Sequence record: SRR20825019_2407
Length of the DNA stretch: 27,909 bases
Strand: one strand, 5' to 3'
Each line of letters opens with the position of its first letter. Within the stretch, counting starts at the first letter, position 1. Of this stretch, positions 19,494 through 26,686 are shown one piece after another. The position numbers and the translations under genes were made by a program. The notes under the pieces were generated by a model that was not told the origin of the DNA, searched no databases, and was given only the letters and a program-made list of their open reading frames with translations.

Positions 19494-20372
19494 GTGTTGC
19501 GGATAGGACATTTATATAAGCGAGCGACAGGTGCAGCAGCACTTGCAACCTTAACCTTCACTTTATCGGAAAGTGCGCTAGCGGACGGCTTTAACCTGGC
19601 CGACCGTTTCAACAACGCGCTTGGTGCTGTGCAGGAAGGCATAGACCTTCTCTGGCCCGGTGATCTGGATTCAGAGGAAGTTAACGCCCGTATCGGTGTT
19701 GGCATGGGATGGATGCCGGATTACGACGGCTCCAACAACTACCGCTTCCGCGTGCTGCCGCTTATCGACGTTCGCTACAAAGAGGTATGGCGCCTGAATG
19801 GCAGCCAGTTCACCTATTCAGCCTACAAAAAAGGTAGCTTTGAAGCTGGGCCGCTCCTGAACCTTCATTTCGGACGGCAGGAAAATTCAAATAAAGCACT
19901 TGAAGGCCTTGGCGATATCTCAACCACACTGGATGTAGGGGTATTCGCCCGCTACTCCAACAAAAGCATGCTGATCAGCAGTGATGTCCGGCAAGCTCTG
20001 GGCGCGGGGCAAGGCATGCAGGTCAGGTTAACCGCAGGCCACGGCATCTACCAGAATGGCAACTTCGCTATGGGCGCTGGCATTCGCGGCAAGTGGCTTT
20101 CAAAAAAGGCGATGCAAACCAACTTCGGCATCACCGAAGAACAGGCGGCAAACTCGGCCTCCGGCCTTCAGGCGTTTGAAGCCAGTGGTGGTGTGTCTGA
20201 ACTGTCCGTCAATGTGATTGGTGCGCTCAGGCTCAATGAACGTGCACGTATCCTCGGGCTCATATCGCTTGGCCGCATGCTCGGCAGCGCGTCTGACAGC
20301 CCGCTATCGGGCGGGCAATACGGCTCCTCAACCCAGTTCGTGAGCGGCACCGCCCTTCAGTTTAAATTCTAA
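19494..20372 (+). CDS. MipA/OmpV family outer-membrane beta-barrel protein
   Basis: Signal peptide ending ALA; IGVGMGWMPDYDGSNNYRFRVLPLIDVRY; TNFGITEEQA; ASDSP; C-terminal Phe (LQFKF). Exact start uncertain. Confidence 0.88.
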   Translation: MLRIGHLYKRATGAAALATLTFTLSESALADGFNLADRFNNALGAVQEGIDLLWPGDLDSEEVNARIGVGMGWMPDYDGSNNYRFRVLPLIDVRYKEVWRLNGSQFTYSAYKKGSFEAGPLLNLHFGRQENSNKALEGLGDISTTLDVGVFARYSNKSMLISSDVRQALGAGQGMQVRLTAGHGIYQNGNFAMGAGIRGKWLSKKAMQTNFGITEEQAANSASGLQAFEASGGVSELSVNVIGALRLNERARILGLISLGRMLGSASDSPLSGGQYGSSTQFVSGTALQFKF

Positions 20373-20447
20373 GCGTGCATAAGGGTTTATCCGCTATGGC
20401 GGGCCGGGCCGTTTTTATGCTTTAATCGCCGCATAGTTCCATAAGCC

Positions 20448-22175
20448 ATGCGGGGATTACAATCGGTGCTGATGCTGCGCACGCTCATCATTGTAATATT
20501 GTGTTTGCTGCCCACCGCTGCGTGGGCGCAATCTGTTGTGCTGCGCGCATCAGATGTATTGCCGCTGCTAACCGAAGCCGCACCCGATGCCTTTTATGTG
20601 AACGGCACGGCCGTACACGGGCTGGGCGTTGAGGCTGAAACACCCTTTGTGAGCCACGACGCACAGCGGTTGGCCGTGAGCCTTGTTGCGCTGCGCCTTA
20701 TTGATCAAGGCAAGCTTTCCCTTGATACACCGGTTGCACAAATACTGCCGGAGCTGATTGAGAAAAACCCGTTCCGTGTTGCGCTCACGCTCCGGCATCT
20801 GCTCACAGAAACGGGCGGGTTTGCCGTGCCGCCGGTGGCAACCGATGGCCCACCTGAAAATCTGACCCCCTTCCTCATTGAGCTGCGCACACCGGGGCAG
20901 GTCAGTGCACCTGACCCTACAGGCCTAGATCTTCTGGAGCTGCTTGTTGCCAGAACAACCAGCCAAAGCGTTCAGGAAACTATCGCGCTTGAGCTTTTTA
21001 AACCGCTTGGCCTTCACGACAAAAATTCGGCCACAGATTCCGCCACACTCGCCTCAAAAACCGTCACACTTTCACCCAAAATTCTGGCGCATTTGGCAAT
21101 ATTACTGCTACGTAACGAACAATCGGACGGTACGCCATATCTCAGCGACCTGAGCTATGAGATGCTGATGGAAGGAGTGTTATGGCTTTTCCATCCCCTC
21201 GGTCCGGAACGCAGCGCTGCGGGATATCTGCAAAGGCGGGCCGGTCGTTCCTGGGTAGAAATAAACCCGGGTTTTGTTGTTTTCCCTCGTGAAGGTGCGG
21301 CCTTTATTTCCCCGCGCGTGATGGTTGGTGGTTCAGATATAGCTGCGCGTTTCAAGCAAGCCATTTGGCGCATCGCTGAGGAAAACTTCCCCCCGCATAG
21401 CGGCTCAACTACCCGGCTTGAGGCGGCGCGCGCCCTCGCGCCACCCGCCGATCTAGGAGGCCGCTATACCCGTGCAGACCGGCCCTCCGCATGGCTTCGT
21501 GCCCGTGTGGATAATATGGCTGAAAACTGGATCAGGGTGAACGAGATGGCGGACGGCAATCTTCGCGTCACCATGAGTAGCCCTGCACATGAGGCCTTTG
21601 GTGACGCACCGCCTCAGGGCACCCTGACCTTCCAGCCGAAAGCCCCCTACCATTACACCAGCGACAGCGGCGAACGGCTGACATTCAGCCCCGTGCGCGC
21701 TGGTGGTTATCTCTATCTCGACGGTGTGCTCTACCGCTATACCGGCCTACTCGGCAACATTCCGTTTCTCCTCTCCCTGCTGCCGTGGGTGTTTGCGGCG
21801 CTCACGAGCGCTGCGCTCCACCTTCAGAGCAATTTAGGCAAGCCCTGGCGGCGCATGGCGCTTTTCTCGCTTATTGGCAGCGCCCTCATCGGCGGCGGGC
21901 TTTATGCTGAATGGGCCTTGTGGCCAACCGTGATGTACGAATGGGACAGCCCGGCGCTCATCACCCTCTGGCGTAGCGGCCTTAACATCGGCCTGATGCT
22001 GGTGCTCAGCCTGCCACTTTTTGCGCTCTCCTTCGTGCGGCGCGGCCCCATGCCCGAAAAGGGTTGGGCACTTATCCTTGCTGGTCCCCATCTGGCGCTG
22101 ATATCCATCGCTGCGATGACACTTTTCCTTATCACCGTGGCTGTTGGGCTTGCGGGCACCTTCACAGCACTCTGA
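20448..22175 (+). CDS. Beta-lactamase/serine-hydrolase-fold protein with signal peptide and 4 C-terminal TMs; catalytic motifs degenerate
   Basis: Scaffold motifs LIDQGKLSLDTPVAQILPE, LTLRHLLTETGG and LFKPLGL are present; SxxK, YxN and HxG motifs are absent. Start may be ATG 20472. Confidence 0.8.
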   Translation: MRGLQSVLMLRTLIIVILCLLPTAAWAQSVVLRASDVLPLLTEAAPDAFYVNGTAVHGLGVEAETPFVSHDAQRLAVSLVALRLIDQGKLSLDTPVAQILPELIEKNPFRVALTLRHLLTETGGFAVPPVATDGPPENLTPFLIELRTPGQVSAPDPTGLDLLELLVARTTSQSVQETIALELFKPLGLHDKNSATDSATLASKTVTLSPKILAHLAILLLRNEQSDGTPYLSDLSYEMLMEGVLWLFHPLGPERSAAGYLQRRAGRSWVEINPGFVVFPREGAAFISPRVMVGGSDIAARFKQAIWRIAEENFPPHSGSTTRLEAARALAPPADLGGRYTRADRPSAWLRARVDNMAENWIRVNEMADGNLRVTMSSPAHEAFGDAPPQGTLTFQPKAPYHYTSDSGERLTFSPVRAGGYLYLDGVLYRYTGLLGNIPFLLSLLPWVFAALTSAALHLQSNLGKPWRRMALFSLIGSALIGGGLYAEWALWPTVMYEWDSPALITLWRSGLNIGLMLVLSLPLFALSFVRRGPMPEKGWALILAGPHLALISIAAMTLFLITVAVGLAGTFTAL

Positions 22176-22205
22176 AAAATCCGTCTATAGGGCACAGGGA
22201 GGGGG

Positions 22206-22234
22206 TTGATTTCCCAATCTCTCCACATTACGGT
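22206..22234 (+). promoter_or_regulatory. Candidate sigma70 promoter for the ACT-alkA-sulfurtransferase unit
   Basis: TTGATT-17 nt-TACGGT, about 20 nt upstream of the structured leader. Confidence 0.35.
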
Positions 22235-22252
22235 CGCGCCCATGACAAGTTT

Positions 22253-22360
22253 TGGTGCGCATAAGCGAATGTGGTGTCGAATGATCAGCCCGGCTTCCAA
22301 GGAAAGCCGGGACGTTTTCGTTCGATCCATCACATATACGCTTATAGGAGCAGCGCGCCA
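22253..22360 (+). promoter_or_regulatory. Long imperfect RNA hairpin leader enclosing the RBS of the ACT-like gene
   Basis: Five nested complementary blocks (detailed in findings), with AGGAG bulged out. Confidence 0.55.
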
Positions 22361-22620
22361 TGACCGCGCCACTGGAAATTGCAAATCGCTTTGACGTACT
22401 CGTTAGCCTCGCGCCCGACGCGCTAGAGGCTGTTCTCTCACACTTCCACAACATTCCCCTTGATGCCGCATCGGTTAAAACCACGCGCCATAGTGATGGC
22501 ACGCTGGCCGTTAAAGTGATTGTGCAGCGCTTGGCGGAACATAAGGCCCGTGCTATCCAAGATGCCTTGAAAAAAAATGACCGGGTGTTTGATGCCCGGC
22601 TGGAACATTTCTGGGCGTGA
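22360..22620 (+). CDS. Small ACT-like domain protein (86 aa)
   Basis: AGGAG RBS at 22346-22350; beta-alpha-beta-beta-alpha-beta pattern (FDVLVS / PDALEAVLSHF / LAVKVIV / KARAIQDAL / VFDARLE). Confidence 0.65.
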   Translation: MTAPLEIANRFDVLVSLAPDALEAVLSHFHNIPLDAASVKTTRHSDGTLAVKVIVQRLAEHKARAIQDALKKNDRVFDARLEHFWA

Positions 22621-22658
22621 CACCCACGCTCGGCTGCGACACTGAGGGGCTTTGGGCA

Positions 22659-23291
22659 ATGGAAAACTTTCAACTGGATGCTTTGGGCATTGAGAGCCGC
22701 CTGCGTTCGCTTGCGGCAAAAGACACGCATGTGGACGCGGCCATTAAACTGGTCGGCATTCCACCAGACCGTATGGGCGAACAGGGTTTTCACACTTTCA
22801 TGCGGGTGATTGTGGGCCAGCAGCTATCCGTGAAAGCCGCCGCCACCATCCGCGACCGGGTTGAAAAACTGGCGGGCGCAGGTGCCGGGCCAGCGCAATA
22901 CGCCAAACTTTCTGACGAAGAGTTGCGCGGTGCCGGGCTGTCGCGGCAGAAAATCTCTTACGCACGGTCGCTCTGCGAAACGGTGGAAGCAGGCACGCTT
23001 GATATCGCTGCCTTGCCGCACATGAGCAACGAGGACGCCATCAGTGCCATCACAGCCGTGAAAGGCCTCGGGGTCTGGAGTGCGCATATGTATCTCATGT
23101 TCTCGCTGGGACGGGATGATATCTGGCCGGTGGGTGATCTGGCCGTGCGTGTGGGTGTTGGCCGTATTATTGGCCTTGAAGACCGACCTACTGAAAAAGA
23201 GTGCGAGACCATCGGCGAACGCTGGCGGCCATACCGCAGTGTTGTGGCCCTTCTGGCTTGGCACTATTATTCAAACGCACCCGCGATATAA
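22659..23291 (+). CDS. alkA: DNA-3-methyladenine glycosylase II (AlkA-like, HhH-GPD)
   Basis: IVGQQLSVKAA, GLSRQK, HhH ITAVKGLGVWSA, WPVGDLAVR, WRPYRS. ATG 22659 has GAGGGG RBS; alternative GTG 22617 overlaps the upstream stop. Confidence 0.9.
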   Translation: MENFQLDALGIESRLRSLAAKDTHVDAAIKLVGIPPDRMGEQGFHTFMRVIVGQQLSVKAAATIRDRVEKLAGAGAGPAQYAKLSDEELRGAGLSRQKISYARSLCETVEAGTLDIAALPHMSNEDAISAITAVKGLGVWSAHMYLMFSLGRDDIWPVGDLAVRVGVGRIIGLEDRPTEKECETIGERWRPYRSVVALLAWHYYSNAPAI

Positions 23292-23327
23292 TAGCCTCAA
23301 CCTCAAAACGAGACTGGAGAGACAGAC

Positions 23328-23768
23328 ATGAGCACCTTCAACAAAGTAACGGACACCGTGTCTGTCGCGCCGCAAATCACCGCTGACGATATTGAGGCAG
23401 CTGCAAACGCGGGCGTGAAGCTCATCATCAACAACCGCCCGGACGGTGAAGAAGCTGGCCAACCCAGCAACGACGCGTTAGCCGCCATAGCCGCTGACAA
23501 GGGCGTCGCATGGGCCGCGATCCCCGTCACCTCCGGCCAACTGACCTTTGAAGCGATTGAGAGCATGTCCTTTGCGCTCAGGGACGCTGAAGGGCCCGTG
23601 CTGGCTTATTGCCGTTCCGGCACTCGGTCATGCACGCTTTGGGCTTTGGCTGAAGCCTTCACCGCCAGCCGTGATGTGGCGGATATCTTGAAGCTTGGTG
23701 CTGGTGCGGGCTATGACCTCTCTGGCATGGCCCCCACGCTTGAGCATCTCTACAACAGCAGGGCCTAG
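23328..23768 (+). CDS. TIGR01244/DUF442 family sulfur transferase (Blh N-terminal-like, PTP fold)
   Basis: VAPQI, IINNRPDGEEAGQP, PVLAYCRSGTRS, AGYDL; GGAG RBS. Confidence 0.9.
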   Translation: MSTFNKVTDTVSVAPQITADDIEAAANAGVKLIINNRPDGEEAGQPSNDALAAIAADKGVAWAAIPVTSGQLTFEAIESMSFALRDAEGPVLAYCRSGTRSCTLWALAEAFTASRDVADILKLGAGAGYDLSGMAPTLEHLYNSRA

Positions 23769-24286
23769 TCGCCCTTGAGAGTGGCACGTACCTGAGTGCC
23801 GTCCTCATCATCCCAATATGTGACGCTGTTTTTCGCGTCGTCAGAGATGAGGAAACGGCTGTCCGGGTTTTCCATGTCATAGGAAACGCGCACACCGGTT
23901 TTACCGCTGTCAGGATAGCCAACAACTTCGGGTACTTTTTTGGTTGAGATGGCCAGATACACCAGCGGCTCGTCGCCGGTATTGACCATCTGGTGCGCAT
24001 GTTCAGGCCCACCGGGCTGGCTGAAGATATAATCACCCGGCTCAATCGGCCACACATCTGCACCAATGCGCACTTTGCCATACCCACTCAGCACATAAAA
24101 ATGCTCTTCATTGGCATAATGGTGATGAAGGGGGAAAGCCGCTTTCCCTGGCTGTACTGTGGTGATATTGGCGCCAATGTCCTGTGCGCCGACGGCAAAC
24201 GCCAGCTCTTCCATTGTTGCTTCAAAAGCATCGCCGTGTTTCGAGACGATCTGCTTTGCATCCCGCCTGTTTATGATTGGTTTCAT
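23765..24286 (-). CDS. Cupin domain protein
   Basis: PLHHHYANEEHFYVLSG, HAHQMVNTG, EVVGYPDSGK; AGGA RBS; 4-nt convergent overlap with the sulfurtransferase stop. Confidence 0.9.
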   Translation of the reverse strand: MKPIINRRDAKQIVSKHGDAFEATMEELAFAVGAQDIGANITTVQPGKAAFPLHHHYANEEHFYVLSGYGKVRIGADVWPIEPGDYIFSQPGGPEHAHQMVNTGDEPLVYLAISTKKVPEVVGYPDSGKTGVRVSYDMENPDSRFLISDDAKNSVTYWDDEDGTQVRATLKGD

Positions 24287-24381
24287 GATGCCTCATCCTT
24301 GTGCTTCATTATTTGTTCGCACTCGTAATGAATATTCTGACAGTTTATTCAAACCACTATAACAAACCGATTGATTAGTTA

Positions 24382-26454
24382 TTATTCATCGTCCGCGAGG
24401 CCAAAAGCCATCAACACGAACACATATTCTTCCGCCACTTCCACAAATCTCTCAAACCGCCCGGACTTACCACCGTGGCCTGCGCCCATATTGATCTTCA
24501 TCATCAGGAGGTTATCGTCGGTTTTTGTCGCGCGCATCTTGGCGGTCCATTTCGCGGGCTCCCAATAGGTTACACGCGGGTCATTGAGCCCGCCGGTCAC
24601 CAGCATGGGCGGATATTCCTTTGCCTCCATATTGGTATAGGGGCAATAGGATGCAATGGTTTCATAGGCCGCTTTGTCCTCAATCGGGTTACCCCATTCA
24701 GGCCATTCGATGGGTGTGAGCGGCAGGTCAGCATCCAGCATGGTATTGAGCACATCAACAAACGGCACATGCATCACCACGGCACTAAACAGCTCCGGCG
24801 CCTGGTTCACCACAGCCCCCATCAACTCACCACCGGCGCTTCCGCCCGAGATGGAAATGCCGCCGGGTGCGGCATAGTCATTTGTTTCCAGATAGCGCGC
24901 CACATCAACAAAATCATTGAAGGTATTGGTGCGGTGCTCAAGCTTGCCGGCTTCATACCAGCCGTAACCAAGCTCATCACCGCCCCTGATATGGGCGATG
25001 GCGTAAGCAAAACCACGGTCCAGCAAGCTTAGCCGCGCAGACGAGAAAGACGGGCTCATGCCAAGGCCGTAAGCACCGTAACCGTACAGGTGCAGCGGCG
25101 CGGCCGTGCCCTTCTTCCAATCCTTGTGGTAGACAAGGCTCACAGGCACTTCGACACCGTCACGGGCCTTAACCATCAGACGCTCAGACCGGTACGCAGA
25201 CTTGTCATATCCGCTCGGGATTTCCTGCTCTTTCCGGGTGATCAACTGGCCTGATGCCAGGTCATAGTCATATACCGTTGGTGGGGTCACCAGGCTTGAA
25301 TAGGAGAGCCGTATCTGGCTTTGCACAAACTCAGCGTTATTACCAAGCCCCACCTCATAAACCGGTTCGGGGAAGGCCACATACTGGTCTGTGCCATCGG
25401 TTTTCAGAAGCCTGATCTGGTCAAGCCCATCACGGCTTTCTTCAATGGCGAGCAAGCCCTTGAACGCGCGGATACCGGTCAGATAATGCCGGTCATCGCC
25501 ACGCAGCAGCACCTGCCAGTCTTCTTCGCCTTTCGCGTTCACTGGCGCCCGGTAAACACAGAAGTTTTTATGCTCCCGGTTGGACCTGAGATAAAGCCCC
25601 TCATCACCGTGATCCACCGCATAGTCATGGCCTTTGCGCCTTGGGCTCAACACATAGGGCGACGTGTTCGGGTTTTTGAGCGGCACGATACGGTTTTCAG
25701 CCGTCACATGATCTGCGGTGCGGATAACGAGATAGGCCCGGCTGCTTGTGCGGCTCAGGTGCACAAAAAAGCTGGTGTCTGATTCTTCATAAACGGTGCT
25801 GTCATCTGAACTGCCAAGAGTGTGGAAACAAACCCGGTAAGGCCGCCATTCCTTCGACACCAGAACATAGAAAAAGCCAGCCCCGTCCGCCGACCATATA
25901 ATCTCGCCTGAGGTCTCGACAATCTCATCGCTCAGGTTTTCCCCTGTTTCCAGGTTTCTGACCTGCACGGTAAAACGTTCAGACCCGTTTTTATCGGCGC
26001 TATAGGCCAGATATCGCTCGCACGGGCTTACACTCAGGCCGCCAAGCCGGTAAAATTCAAGCCCCTCTGCCTCGGCCACTTCATCAAGAAGCACATCCCA
26101 GTCATCAGCGCCAACCTTGCGGCGGTGCCATGTGCGGTATTCCGCGCCTTTTGCGAATGCCCAGCGGTATTCATAAGCACCGTCTTTCCACGGTACGCTT
26201 TCATCGTCTTCTTTCTGGCGACCTTTTATTTCCTCAAAAACCTTATCAACGAGAGACTTTCTCTCATTCATTACGGTTTCGAAATATTTGTTCTCCTGCC
26301 CCAGATATCCGAGAATTTCCTCATCCTTCACCTCCGGGTAACCTGGGTCTTTCAGCCAGAAATAAGGATCGTTAAACTCGAAACCGTGATGGCTCGCCTT
26401 ATAGGGTTTTTGTGTGGCTTTAGGGGCAACAAGGGCATTTGGGGCTTTTAACAT
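24382..26454 (-). CDS. ptrB: Oligopeptidase B (S9A prolyl oligopeptidase family)
   Basis: DPYFWLKD, LYGYGAYG, AHIRGGDELG, GGSAGG (Ser), NDPRV (Asp), GAGHGG (His). ATG 26454 preferred over 26592. Confidence 0.92.
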   Translation of the reverse strand: MLKAPNALVAPKATQKPYKASHHGFEFNDPYFWLKDPGYPEVKDEEILGYLGQENKYFETVMNERKSLVDKVFEEIKGRQKEDDESVPWKDGAYEYRWAFAKGAEYRTWHRRKVGADDWDVLLDEVAEAEGLEFYRLGGLSVSPCERYLAYSADKNGSERFTVQVRNLETGENLSDEIVETSGEIIWSADGAGFFYVLVSKEWRPYRVCFHTLGSSDDSTVYEESDTSFFVHLSRTSSRAYLVIRTADHVTAENRIVPLKNPNTSPYVLSPRRKGHDYAVDHGDEGLYLRSNREHKNFCVYRAPVNAKGEEDWQVLLRGDDRHYLTGIRAFKGLLAIEESRDGLDQIRLLKTDGTDQYVAFPEPVYEVGLGNNAEFVQSQIRLSYSSLVTPPTVYDYDLASGQLITRKEQEIPSGYDKSAYRSERLMVKARDGVEVPVSLVYHKDWKKGTAAPLHLYGYGAYGLGMSPSFSSARLSLLDRGFAYAIAHIRGGDELGYGWYEAGKLEHRTNTFNDFVDVARYLETNDYAAPGGISISGGSAGGELMGAVVNQAPELFSAVVMHVPFVDVLNTMLDADLPLTPIEWPEWGNPIEDKAAYETIASYCPYTNMEAKEYPPMLVTGGLNDPRVTYWEPAKWTAKMRATKTDDNLLMMKINMGAGHGGKSGRFERFVEVAEEYVFVLMAFGLADDE

Positions 26455-26686
26455 GAGGGCCTGTCCATAATCTAAGGGGTCCTTAGCTCTAGGCATAGGC
26501 CGGGGCGCTGTAAAGAGGGAGTTAAGCGCGTGCTCAAAAAATGGCGCACCGCAACAGAAGGCCCCCTTGCCAAACCAGCTGTGGCCTGCCATCTAGGCGG
26601 CATAACGCTGCGCCCGACCACTTTTTTGTGATGACCGCTGATGACGCATTGGGCGCACAGGAACCAGAGAGTTAGGAGAGTGAACC

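Noticed and set aside
22261-22345. Possibility that the long hairpin is SRP RNA or 6S RNA
   Set aside because: Lacks the SRP domain IV consensus (CAGG...GGAA loop...GCAG), is shorter than typical 6S RNA and lacks its usual context; kept as an unknown leader instead.
23765-23768. 4-nt convergent stop-codon overlap (CTAG)
   Set aside because: Common arrangement with no further signal.
26455-26592. N-terminal extension of oligopeptidase B in the ORF track
   Set aside because: Not signal-like and occupies the divergent promoter region; similarity to S9A begins near ATG 26454.
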